64,000 nt of DNA from Auanema rhodensis (taxonomy: Eukaryota; Animalia; Nematoda), in NCBI GenBank assembly GCA_964057225.1, contig OZ059899.1, positions 1,116,001 through 1,180,000 of the forward strand. Direction: 5' to 3'. The notes under the pieces are model-generated. The model searched no databases. It was not told where the DNA came from and saw nothing but the letters and a program-made list of their open reading frames with translations. The first letter of the stretch is position 1, and every line of letters starts with the position of its first letter. Shown here piece after piece: positions 12,101 to 26,200 of the stretch. A program made the translations under genes and the position numbers.

Positions 12101-15100
12101 GACAAAAATTTTTTCGAAAAATTTCAAGATAATTTAGCGAAAAGTAGATGTTTTTAGATTCCGTTTTTCAAGGCAAAGACGATGGACAATGTTATTCAAC
12201 GAAAAAATTAATTCTTCAGGGTGAAAATCGAGGATATAAGTGTGAACTTATATCAGTTGATATCTCGGTGCTTTTTTAAGCTAGCGCAAATCTGATAACA
12301 CAGATCGACGCAGCTTAAAAATCCGCATCGAATGCACTATACCACATTGAGAAACGCTTAATACAAAAATTAGTTATGATCGTTTAAAAAATGATGCATT
12401 AGTGTATGTTGAGTTTCCATGTACACTCAACATTGCTTCCAAAAACATTTTGACAAAAATTTTTTCAAAAAATTTCAAAATAATTTAGCAAAAAGTAGAT
12501 GTTTTTAGATTTCTTTTTTCAAGGCAAAGACGATGGACAATGTTATTCAACGAAAAAATTAATTCTTCAGGGTGAAAATCGAGGATATAAGTGTGAACTC
12601 ATATCAGTTGATATCTCGGTGCATTTTTAAGCTAGCGCAAATCTGATAACACAGATCGACGCAGCTCAACAATCCGCATCGAATGCACTATACTACATTG
12701 AGAAACGCTTAATAATAAAATTAGTTATGATCGTTTGAAAAACGATGCATTAGTGTATGTTGAGTTTCCATGTACACTCAACATTGCTTCCAAAAACATT
12801 TTGACAAAAATTTTTTCGAAAACTTTCAAGATAATTTAGCGAAAAGTAGATGTTTTTAGATTCCGTTTTTCAAGGCAAAGACGATGGACAATGTTATTCA
12901 ACGAAAAAATTAATTCTTCAGGGTGAAAATCGAGGATATAAGTGTGAACTTATATCAGTTGATATCTCGGTGCATTTTCAAGCTAGCGCAAATCTGATAA
13001 CACAGATCGACGCAGCTCAAAAATCCGCATCGAATGCACTATACTACATTGAGAAACGCTTAATACAAAAATTAGTTATGATCGTTTGAAAAATGATGCA
13101 TTAGTGTATGTTGAGTTTCCATGTACACTCAACATTGCTTCCAAAAACATTTTGACAAAAATTTTTTCGAAAAATTTCAAAATAATTTAGCAAAAAGTAG
13201 ATGTTTTTAGATTCCGTTTTTCAAGGCAAAGACGATGGACAATGTTATTCAACGAAAAAAATAATTCTTCAGGGTGAAAATCGAGGATATAAGTGTGAAC
13301 TTATATCAGTTGATATCTCGGTGCTTTTTTAAGCTAGCGCAAATCTGATAACACAGATCGACGCAGCTCAAAAATCCGCATCGAATGCACTATACTACAT
13401 TAAGAAACGCTTAATACAAAAATTAGTTATGATCGTTTGAAAAATGATGCATTAGTGTATGTTGAGTTTCCATGTACACTCAACATTGCTTCCAAAAACA
13501 TTTTGACAAAAATTTTTTCGAAAAATTTCAAAATAATTTAGCAAAAAGTAGATGTTTTTAGATTCCGTTTTTCAAGGCAAAGACGATGGACAATGTTATT
13601 CAACGAAAAAAATAATTCTTCAGGGTGAAAATCGAGGATATAAGTGTGAACTTATATCAGTTGATATCTCGGTGCTTTTTTAAGCTAGCGCAAATCTGAT
13701 AACACAGATCGACGCAGCTTAAAAATCCGCATCGAATGCACTATACCACATTGAGAAACGCTTAATACAAAAATTAGTTATGATCGTTTAAAAAATGATG
13801 CATTAGTGTATGTTGAGTTTCCATGTACACTCAACATTGCTTCCAAAAACATTTTGACAAAAATTTTTTCGAAAAATTTCAAAATAATTTAGCAAAAAGT
13901 AGATGTTTTTAGATTTCTTTTTTCAAGGCAAAGACGATGGACAATGTTATTCAACGAAAAAATTAATTCTTCAGGGTGAAAATCGAGGATATAAGTGTGA
14001 ACTCATATCAGTTGATATCTCGGTGCATTTTTAAGCTAGCGCAAATCTGATAACACAGATCGACGCAGCTCAACAATCCGCATCGAATGCACTATACTAC
14101 ATTGAGAAACGCTTAATAATAAAATTAGTTATGATCGTTTGAAAAACGATGCATTAGTGTATGTTGAGTTTCCATGTACACTCAACATTGCTTCCAAAAA
14201 CATTTTGACAAAAATTTTTTCGAAAAATTTCAAAATAATTTAGCAAAAAGTAGATGTTTTTAGATTTCTTTTTTCAAGGCAAAGACGATGGACAATGTTA
14301 TTCAACGAAAAAATTAATTCTTCAGGGTGAAAATCGAGGATATAAGTGTGAACTCATATCAGTTGATATCTCGGTGCATTTTTAAGCTAGCGCAAATCTG
14401 ATAACACAGATCGACGCAGCTCAACAATCCGCATCGAATGCACTATACTACATTGAGAAACGCTTAATAATAAAATTAGTTATGATCGTTTGAAAAACGA
14501 TGCATTAGTGTATGTTGAGTTTCCATGTACACTCAACATTGCTTCCAAAAACATTTTGACAAAAATTTTTTCAAAAAATTTCAAGATAATTTAGCGAAAA
14601 GTAGATGTTTTTAGATTCCGTTTTTCAAGGCAAAAACGATGGACAATGTTATTCAACGAAAAAATTAATTCTTCAGGGTGAAAATCGAGGATATAAGTGT
14701 GAACTTATATCAGTTGATATCTCGGTGCATTTTCAAGCTAGCGCAAATCTGATAACACAGATCGACGCAGCTCAAAAATCCGCATCGAATGCACTATACT
14801 ACATTAAGAAACGCTTAATACAAAAATTTGTTATGATCGTTTGAAAAATGATGCATTAGTGTATGTTGAGTTTCCATGTACACTCAACATTGCTTCCAAA
14901 AACATTTTGACAAAAATTTTTTCGAAAAATTTCAAAATAATTTAGCAAAAAGTAGATGTTTTTAGATTCCTTTTTTCAAGGCAAAGACGATGGACAATGT
15001 TATTCAACGAAAAAATTAATTCTTCAGGGTGAAAATCGAGGATATAAGTGTGAACTCATATCAGTTGATATCTCGGTGCATTTTTAAGCTAGCGCAAATC

Positions 15101-17200
15101 TGATAACACAGATCGACGCAGCTCAACAATCCGCATCGAATGCACTATACTACTTTGAGAAACGCTTAATAATAAAATTAGTTATGATCGTTTGAAAAAC
15201 GATGCATTAGTGTATGTTGAGTTTCCATGTACACTCAACATTGCTTCCAAAAACATTTTGACAAAAATTTTTTCGAAAAATTTCAAGATAATTTAGCGAA
15301 AAGTAGATGTTTTTAGATTCCGTTTTTCAAGGCAAAAACGATGGACAATGTTATTCAACGAAAAAATTAATTCTTCAGGGTGAAAATCGAGGATATAAGT
15401 GTGAACTTATATCAGTTGATATCTCGGTGCATTTTCAAGCTAGCGCAAATCTGATAACACAGATCGACGCAGCTCAAAAATCCGCATCGAATGCACTATA
15501 CTACATTGAGAAACGCTTAATACAAAAATTTGTTATGATCGTTTGAAAAATGATGCATTAGTGTATGTTGAGTTTCCATGTACACTCAACATTGCTTCCA
15601 AAAACATTTTGACAAAAATTTTTTCGAAAAATTTCAAAATAATTTAGCAAAAAGTAGATGTTTTTAGATTCCGTTTTTCAAGGCAAAGACGATGGACAAT
15701 GTTATTCAACGAAAAAAATAATTCTTCAGGGTGAAAATCGAGGATATAAGTGTGAACTTATATCAGTTGATATCTCGGTGCTTTTTTAAGCTAGCGCAAA
15801 TCTGATAACACAGATCGACGCAGCTTAAAAATCCGCATCGAATGCACTATACTACATTGAGAAACGCTTAATACACAAATTAGTTATGATCGTTTGAAAA
15901 ATGATGCATTAGTGTATGTTGAGTTTCCATGTACACTCAACATTGCTTCCAAAAACATTTTGACAAAAATTTTTTCGAAAAATTTCAAAATAATTTAGCA
16001 AAAAGTAGATGTTTTTAGATTCCTTTTTTCAAGGCAAAGACGATGGACAATGTTATTCAACGAAAAAATTAATTCTTCAGGGTGAAAATCGAGGATATAA
16101 GTGTGAACTCATATCAGTTGATATCTCGGTGCATTTTTAAGCTAGCGCAAATCTGATAACACAGATCGACGCAGCTCAACAATCCGCATCGAATGCACTA
16201 TACTACATTGAGAAACGCTTAATAATAAAATTAGTTATGATCGTTTGAAAAACGATGCATTAGTGTATGTTGAGTTTCCATGTACACTCAACATTGCTTC
16301 CAAAAACATTTTGACAAAAATTTTTTCGAAAAATTTCAAGATAATTTAGCGAAAAGTAGATGTTTTTAGATTCCGTTTTTCAAGGCAAAAACGATGGACA
16401 ATGTTATTCAACGAAAAAATTAATTCTTCAGGGTGAAAATCGAGGATATAAGTGTGAACTTATATCAGTTGATATCTCGGTGCATTTTCAAGCTAGCGCA
16501 AATCTGATAACACAGATCGACGCAGCTCAAAAATCCGCATCGAATGCACTATACTACATTGAGAAACGCTTAATACAAAAATTTGTTATGATCGTTTGAA
16601 AAATGATGCATTAGTGTATGTTGAGTTTCCATGTACACTCAACATTGCTTCCAAAAACATTTTGACAAAAATTTTTTCGAAAAATTTCAAAATAATTTAG
16701 CAAAAAGTAGATGTTTTTAGATTCCGTTTTTCAAGGCAAAGACGATGGACAATGTTATTCAACGAAAAAAATAATTCTTCAGGGTGAAAATCGAGGATAT
16801 AAGTGTGAACTTATATCAGTTGATATCTCGGTGCTTTTTTAAGCTAGCGCAAATCTGATAACACAGATCGACGCAGCTTAAAAATCCGCATCGAATGCAC
16901 TATACTACATTGAGAAACGCTTAATACAAAAATTAGTTATGATCGTTTGAAAAATGATGCATTAGTGTATGTTGAGTTTCCATGTACACTCAACATTGCT
17001 TCCAAAAACATTTTGACAAAAATTTTTTCGAAAAATTTCAAAATAATTTAGCAAAAAGTAGATGTTTTTAGATTCCTTTTTTCAAGGCAAAGACGATGGA
17101 CAATGTTATTCAACGAAAAAATTAATTCTTCAGGGTGAAAATCGAGGATATATGTGTGAACTCATATCAGTTGATATCTCGGTGCATTTTCAAGCTAGCG
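3160..17200 (+). repeat. Irregular trimer-based higher-order repeat region (1053-bp period)
   Basis: GAACTCATATC occurs at 3474, 4527, 5580 and at 15057, 16110, 17163. CGAGGCAG occurs at 3534 and 4587. GACGTTGGAT occurs at 9725, 10778 and 11831. Confidence 0.75.
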
Positions 17201-20200
17201 CAAATCTGATAACACAGATCGACGCAGCTCAACAATCCGCATCGAATGCACTATACTACATTGAGAAACGCTTAATACAAAAATTAGTTATGATCGTTTG
17301 AAAAATGATGCATTAGTGTATGTTGAGTTTCCATGTACACTCAACATTGCTTCCAAAAACATTTTGACAAAAATTTTTTCGAAAAATTTCAAAATAATTT
17401 AGCAAAAAGTAGATGTTTTTAGATTCCGTTTTTCAAGGCAAAGACGATGGACAATGTTATTCAACCAAAAAAATAATTCTTCAGGGTGAAAATCGAGGAT
17501 ATAAAGGTGAACTTATATCAGTTGATATCTCGGTGCATTTTTAAGCTAGCGCAAATCTGATAACACAGATCGACGCAGCTCAAAAATCCGCATCGAATGC
17601 ACTATACTACATTGAGAAACGCTTAATACAAAAATTAGTTATGATCGTTTGAAAAATGATGCATTAGTGTATGTTGAGTTTCCATGTACACTCAACATTG
17701 CTTCCAAAAACATTTTGACAAAAATTTTTTCGAAAAATTTCAAAATAATTCAGCAAAAAGTAGATGTTTTTAGATTCCGTTTTCCAAGGCAAAGACGATG
17801 GACAATGTTATTCAACGAAAAAAATAATTCTTCAGGGTGAAAATCGAGGATATAAGTGTGAACTTATATCAGTTGATATCTCGGTGCTTTTTTAAGCTAG
17901 CGCAAATCTGATAACACAGATCGACGCAGCTTAAAAATCCGCATCGAATGCACTATACTACATTGAGAAACGCTTAATACACAAATTAGTTATGATCGTT
18001 TGAAAAATGATGCATTAGTGTATGTTGAGTTTCCATGTACACTCAACATTGCTTCCAAAAACATTTTGACAAAAATTTTTTCGAAAAATTTCAAAATAAT
18101 TTAGCAAAAAGTAGATGTTTTTAGATTCCATTTTTCAATGCAAAGACGATAGACAATGTTATTCAACGAAAAAATTAATTCTTCAGGGTGAAAATCGAGG
18201 ATATAAGTGTGAACTTATATCAGTTGATATCTCGGTGCATTTTTAAGCTAACGCAAATCTGATAACACAGATCGACGCAGCTTAAAAATCCGCATCGAAT
18301 GCACTATACTACATTGAGAAACGCTTAATACACAAATCAGTTATGATTGTTTGAAAAATGATGCATTAGTGTATGTTGAGTTTCCATGTACACTCAACAT
18401 TGCTTCCAAAAACATTTTGACAAAAATTTTTTCGAAAAATTTCAAAATAATTTAGCAAAAAGTAAATGTTTTTAGATTCCGTTTTTCAAGGCAAAGACGA
18501 TGGACAATGTTATTCAACGAAAAAAATAATTCTTCAGGGTGAAAATCGAGGATATAAAGGTGAACTTATATCAGTTGATATCTCGGTGCATTTTTAAGCT
18601 AGCGCGAATCTGATAACACAGATCGACGCAGCTCAAAAATCCGCATCGAATGCACTATACTACATTGAGAAACGCTTAATACAAAAATTAGTTATGATCG
18701 TTTGAAAAATGATGCATTAGTGTATGTTGAGTTTCCATGTACACTCAACATTGCTTCCAAAAACATTTTGACAAAAATTTTTTCGAAAAATTTCAAAATA
18801 ATTTAGCAAAAAGTAGATGTTTTTAGATTCCGTTTTTTAAGGCAAAGACGATGGACAATGTTATTCAACGAAAAAATTAATTCTTCAGGGTGAAAATCGA
18901 GGATATAAGTGTGAACTTATATCAGTTGATATCTCGGTGCATTTTTAAGCTAGCGCAAATCTGATGACACAGATCGACGCAGCTTAAAAATCCGCATCGA
19001 ATGCACTATACTACATTGAGAAACGCTTAATACACAAATTAGTTATGATCGTTTGAAAAATGATGCATTAGTGTATGTTGAGTTTCCATGTACACCCAAC
19101 ATTGCTTCCAAAAACATTTTGACAAAAATTTTTTCGAAAAATTTCAAAATAATTTAGCAAAAAGTAGATGTTTTCAGATTCCATTTTTCAAGGCAAAGAC
19201 GATAGACAATGTTATTCAACGAAAAAATTAATTCTTCAGGGTGAAAATCGAGGATATATGTGTGAACTTATATCAGTTGATATCTCGGTGCATTTTTAAG
19301 CTAGCGCAAATCTGATAACACAGATCGACGCAGCTCAAAAATCCGCATCGAATGCACTATACTACATTAAGAAACGCTTAATACAAAAATTAGTTATGAT
19401 CGTTTGAAAAATGATGCATTAGTGTATGTTGAGTTTCCATGTACACACAACATTGCTTCCAAAAACATTTTGACAAAACTTTTTTCGAAAAATTTCAAAA
19501 TAATTTAGCAAAAAGTAGATGTTTTTATTTTCCTTTTCTTAAGGCAAAGACGATGGACAATGTTATTCAACGAAAAAATTAATTCTTCAGGGTGAAAATC
19601 GAGGATATAAGTGTGAACTTATATCAGTTGATATCTCGGTGCTTTTTTAAGCTAGCGCAAATCTGATAACACAGATCGACGCAGCTTAAAAATCCGCATC
19701 GAATGCACTATACTACATTGAGAAACGCTTAATACACAAATCAGTTATGATTGTTTGAAAAATGATGCATTAGTGTATGTTGAGTTTCCATGTACACTCA
19801 ACATTGCTTCCAAAAACATTTTGACAAAAATTTTTTCGAAAAATTTCAAAATAATTTAGCAAAAAGTAAATGTTTTTAGATTCCGTTTTTCAAGGCAAAG
19901 ACGATGGACAATGTTATTCAACGAAAAAAATAATTCTTCAGGGTGAAAATCGAGGATATAAAGGTGAACTTATATCAGTTGATATCTCGGTGCATTTTTA
20001 AGCTAGCGCGAATCTGATAACACAGATCGACGCAGCTCAAAAATCCGCATCGAATGCACTATACTACATTGAGAAACGCTTAATACAAAAATTAGTTATG
20101 ATCGTTTGAAAAATGATGCATTAGTGTATGTTGAGTTTCCATGTACACTCAACATTGCTTCCAAAAACATTTTGACAAAAATTTTTTCGAAAAATTTCAA

Positions 20201-23200
20201 AATAATTTAGCAAAAAGTAGATGTTTTTAGATTCCGTTTTTTAAGGCAAAGACGATGGACAATGTTATTCAACGAAAAAATTAATTCTTCAGGGTGAAAA
20301 TCGAGGATATAAGTGTGAACTTATATCAGTTGATATCTCGGTGCATTTTTAAGCTAGCGCAAATCTGATAACACAGATCGACGCAGCTCAAAAATCCGCA
20401 TCGAATGCACTATACTACATTAAGAAACGCTCAATACAAAAATTAGTTATGATCGTTTGAAAAATGATGCATTAGTGTATGTTGAGTTTCCATGTACACT
20501 CAACATTGCTTCCAAAAACATTTTGACAAAAATTTTTTCGAAAAATTTCAAAATAATTTAGCAAAAAGTAGATGTTTTTAGATTCCGTTTTTTAAGGCAA
20601 AGACGATGGACAATGTTATTCAACGAAAAAATTAATTCTTCAGGGTGAAAATCGAGGATATAAGTGTGAACTTATATCAGTTGATATCTCGGTGCATTTT
20701 TAAGCTAGCGCAAATCTGATAACACAGATCGACGCAGCTTAAAAATCCGCATCGAATGCACTATACTACATTGAGAAACGCTTAATACAAAAATTAGTTA
20801 TGATCGTTTGAAAAATGATGCATTAGTGTATGTTGAGTTTCCATGTACACTCAACATTGCTTCCAAAAACATTTTGACAAAAATTTTTTCGAAAAATTTC
20901 AAAATAATTTAGCAAAAAGTAGATGTTTTTAGATTCCATTTTTCAAGGCAAAGACGATAGACAATGTTATTCAACGAAAAAATTAATTCTTCAGGGTGAA
21001 AATCGAGGATATAAGTGTGAACTTATATCAGTTGATATCTCGGTGCTTTTTTAAGCTAGCGCAAATCTGATAACACAGATCGACGCAGCTTAAAAATCCG
21101 CATCGAATGCACTATACTACATTGAGAAACGCTTAATACAAAAATTAGTTATGATCGTTTGAAAAATGATGCATTAGTGTATGTTGAGTTTCCATGTACA
21201 CTCAACATTGCTTCCAAAAACATTTTGACAAAAATTTTTTCGAAAAATTTCAAAATAATTTAGCAAAAAGTAGATGTTTTTAGATTCCATTTTTCAAGGC
21301 AAAGACGATAGACAATGTTATTCAACGAAAAAATTAATTCTTCAGGGTGAAAATCGAGGATATAAGTGTGAACTTATATCAGTTGATATCTCGGTGCATT
21401 TTTAAGCTAACGCAAATCTGATAACACAGATCGACGCAGCTTAAAAATCCGCATCGAATGCACTATACTACATTGAGAAACGCTTAATACACAAATCAGT
21501 TATGATTGTTTGAAAAATGATGCATTAGTGTATGTTGAGTTTCCATGTACACTCAACATTGCTTCCAAAAACATTTTGACAAAAATTTTTTCGAAAAATT
21601 TCAAAATAATTTAGCAAAAAGTAAATGTTTTTAGATTCCGTTTTTCAAGGCAAAGACGATGGACAATGTTATTCAACGAAAAAAATAATTCTTCAGGGTG
21701 AAAATCGAGGATATAAAGGTGAACTTATATCAGTTGATATCTCGGTGCATTTTTAAGCTAGCGCGAATCTGATAACACAGATCGACGCAGCTCAAAAATC
21801 CGCATCGAATGCACTATACTACATTGAAAAACGCTTAATACAAAAATTAGTTATGATCGTTTGAAAAATGATGCATTAGTGTATGTTGAGTTTCCATGTA
21901 CACTCAACATTGCTTCCAAAAACATTTTGACAAAAATTTTTTCGAAAAATTTCAAAATAATTTAGCAAAAAGTAGATGTTTTTAGATTCCGTTTTTCAAG
22001 GCAAAGACGATGGACAATGTTATTCAACGAAAAAATTAATTCTTCAGGGTGAAAATCGAGGATATAAGTGTGAACTTATATCAGTTGATATCTCGGTGCA
22101 TTTTTAAGCTAGCGCAAATCTGATAACACAGATCGACGCAGCTTAAAAATCCGCATCGAATGCACTATACTACATTGAGAAACGCTTAATACACAAATTA
22201 GTTATGATCGTTTGAAAAATGATGCATTAGTGTATGTTGAGTTTCCATGTACACCCAACATTGCTTCCAAAAACATTTTGACAAAAATTTTTTCGAAAAA
22301 TTTCAAAATAATTTAGCAAAAAGTAGATGTTTTCAGATTCCATTTTTCAAGGCAAAGACGATAGACAATGTTATTCAACGAAAAAATTAATTCTTCAGGG
22401 TGAAAATCGAGGATATATGTGTGAACTTATATCAGTTGATATCTCGGTGCATTTTTAAGCTAGCGCAAATCTGATAACACAGATCGACGCAGCTCAAAAA
22501 TCCGCATCGAATGCACTATACTACATTAAGAAACGCTTAATACAAAAATTAGTTATGATCGTTTGAAAAATGATGCATTAGTGTATGTTGAGTTTCCATG
22601 TACACACAACATTGCTTCCAAAAACATTTTGACAAAACTTTTTTCGAAAAATTTCAAAATAATTTAGCAAAAAGTAGATGTTTTTAGTTTCCTTTTCTTA
22701 AGGCAAAGACGATGGACAATGTTATTCAACGAAAAAATTAATTCTTCAGGGTGAAAATCGAGGATATAAGTGTGAACTTATATCAGTTGATATCTCGGTG
22801 CTTTTTTAAGCTAGCGCAAATCTGATAACACAGATCGACGCAGCTTAAAAATCCGCATCGAATGCACTATACTACATTGAGAAACGCTTAATACACAAAT
22901 TAGTTATGATCGTTTGAAAAATGATGCATTAGTGTATGTTGAGTTTCCATGTACACTCAACATTGCTTCCAAAAACATTTTGACAAAAATTTTTTCGAAA
23001 AATTTCAGAATAATTTAGCAAAAAGTAGATGTTTTTAGATTCCATTTTTCAAGGCAAAGACGATAGACAATGTTATTCAACAAAAAAATTAATTCTTCAG
23101 GGTGAAAATCGAGGATATAAGAGTGAACTTATATCAGTTGATATCTCGGTGCTTTTTTAAGCTAGCGCAAATCTGATAACACAGATCGACGCAGCTTAAA

Positions 23201-26200
23201 AATCCGCATCGAATGCACTATACTACATTGAGAAACGCTTAATACAAAAATTAGTTATGATCGTTTGAAAAATGATGCATTAGTGTATGTTGAGTTTCCA
23301 TGTACACTCAACATTGCTTCCAAAAACATTTTGACAAAAATTTTTTCGAAAAATTTCAAAATAATTTAGCAAAAAGTAGATGTTTTTAGATTCCTTTTTT
23401 CAAGGCAAAGACGATGGACAATGTTATTCAACGAAAAAATTAATTCTTCAGGGTGAAAATCGAGGATATAAGTGTGAACTCATATCAGTTGATATCTCGG
23501 TGCATTTTTAAGCTAGCGCAAATCTGATAACACAGATCGACGCAGCTCAACAATCCGCATCGAATGCACTATACTACATTGAGAAACGCTTAATAATAAA
23601 ATTAGTTATGATCGTTTGAAAAACGATGCATTAGTGTATGTTGAGTTTCCATGTACACTCAACATTGCTTCCAAAAACATTTTGACAAAAATTTTTTCGA
23701 AAAATTTCAAAATAATTTAGCGAAAAGTAGATGTTTTTAGATTCCGTTTTTCAAGGCAAAGACGATGGACAATGTTATTCAACGAAAAAATTAATTCTTC
23801 AGGGTGAAAATCGAGGATATAAGTGTGAACTTATATCAGTTGATATCTCGGTGCATTTTCAAGCTAGCGCAAATCTGATAACACAGATCGACGCAGCTCA
23901 AAAATCCGCATCGAATGCACTATACTACATTGAGAAACGCTTAATACAAAAATTTGTTATGATCGTTTGAAAAATGATGCATTAGTGTATGTTGAGTTTC
24001 CATGTACACTCAACATTGCTTCCAAAAACATTTTGACAAAAATTTTTTCGAAAAATTTCAAAATAATTTAGCAAAAAGTAGATGTTTTTAGATTCCGTTT
24101 TTTAAGGCAAAGACGATGGACAATGTTATTCAACGAAAAAAATAATTCTTCAGGGTGAAAATCGAGGATATAAGTGTGAACTTATATCAGTTGATATCTC
24201 GGTGCTTTTTTAAGCTAGCGCAAATCTGATAACACAGATCGACGCAGCTTAAAAATCCGCATCGAATGCACTATACTACATTGAGAAACGCTTAATACAA
24301 AAATTAGTTATGATCGTTTGAAAAATGATGCATTAGTGTATGTTGAGTTTTCATGTACACTCAACATTGCTTCCAAAAACATTTTGACAAAAATTTTTTC
24401 GAAAAATTTCAAAATAATTTAGCAAAAAGTAGATGTTTTTAGATTCCGTTTTTCAAGGCAAAGACGATGGACAATGTTATTCAACGAAAAAAATAATTCT
24501 TCAGGGTGAAAATCGAGGATATAAAGGTGAACTTATATCAGTTGATATCTCGGTGCATTTTTAAGCTAGCGCAAATCTGATAACACAGATCGACGCAGCT
24601 CAAAAATCCGCATCGAATGCACTATACTACATTGAGAAACGCTTAATACAAAAATTAGTTATGATCGTTTGAAAAATGATGCATTAGTGTATGTTGAGTT
24701 TCCATGTACACTCAACATTGCTTCCAAAAACATTTTGACAAAAATTTTTTCGAAAAATTTCAAAATAATTTAGCAAAAAGTAGATGTTTTTAGATTCCGT
24801 TTTTCAAGGCAAAGACGATGGACAATGTTATTCAACGAAAAAAATAATTCTTCAGGGTGAAAATCGAGGATATAAAGGTGAACTTATATCAGTTGATATC
24901 TCGGTGCATTTTTAAGCTAGCGCAAATCTGATAACACAGATCGACGCAGCTCAAAAATCCGCATCGAATGCACTATACTACATTGAGAAACGCTTAATAC
25001 AAAAATTAGTTATGATCGTTTGAAAAATGATGCATTAGTGTATGTTGAGTTTCCATGTACACTCAACATTGCTTCCAAAAACATTTTGACAAAAATTTTT
25101 TCGAAAAATTTCAAAATAATTCAGCAAAAAGTAGATGTTTTTAGATTCCGTTTTCCAAGGCAAAGACGATGGACAATGTTATTCAACGAAAAAAATAATT
25201 CTTCAGGGTGAAAATCGAGGATATATGTGTGAACTTATATCAGTTGATATCTCGGTGCTTTTTTAAGCTAGCGCAAATCTGATAACACAGATCGACGCAG
25301 CTTAAAAATCCGCATCGAATGCACTATACTACATTGAGAAACGCTTAATACACAAATTAGTTATGATCGTTTGAAAAATGATGCATTAGTGTATGTTGAG
25401 TTTCCATGTACACTCAACATTGCTTCCAAAAACATTTTGACAAAAATTTTTTCGAAAAATTTCAAAATAATTTAGCAAAAAGTAGATTTTTTTAGATTCC
25501 ATTTTTCAAGGCAAAGACGATAGACAATGTTATTCAACGAAAAAATTAATTCTTCAGGGTGAAAATCGAGGATATAAGTGTGAACTTATATCAGTTGATA
25601 TCTCGGTGCATTTTTAAGCTAACGCAAATCTGATAACACAGATCGACGCAGCTTAAAAATCCGCATCGAATGCACTATACTACATTGAGAAACGCTTAAT
25701 ACACAAATTAGTTATGATTGTTTGAAAAATGATGCATTAGTGTATGTTGAGTTTCCATGTACACTCAACATTGCTTCCAAAAACATTTTGACAAAAATTT
25801 TTTCGAAAAATTTCAAAATAATTTAGCAAAAAGTAAATGTTTTTAGATTCCGTTTTTCAAGGCAAAGACGATGGACAATGTTATTCAACGAAAAAAATAA
25901 TTCTTCAGGGTGAAAATCGAGGATATAAAGGTGAACTTATATCAGTTGATATCTCGGTGCATTTTTAAGCTAGCGCAAATCTGATAACACAGATCGACGC
26001 AGCTCAAAAATCCGCATCGAATGCACTATACTACATTGAGAAACGCTTAATACAAAAATTAGTTATGATCGTTTGAAAAATGATGCATTAGTGTATGTTG
26101 AGTTTCCATGTACACTCAACATTGCTTCCAAAAACATTTTGACAAAAATTTTATCGAAAAATTTCAAAATAATTTAGCAAAAAGTAGATGTTTTTAGATT

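Noticed and set aside
18961-18967. Hammerhead ribozyme satellite (CUGANGA core: CTGATGA in one variant copy, CTGATAA in the rest; CTGAAGA on the minus strand at pos 279-285)
   Set aside because: I could not build stem II followed by GAAA, or stems I and III, around either motif. An Infernal search with the Rfam hammerhead models would settle it.
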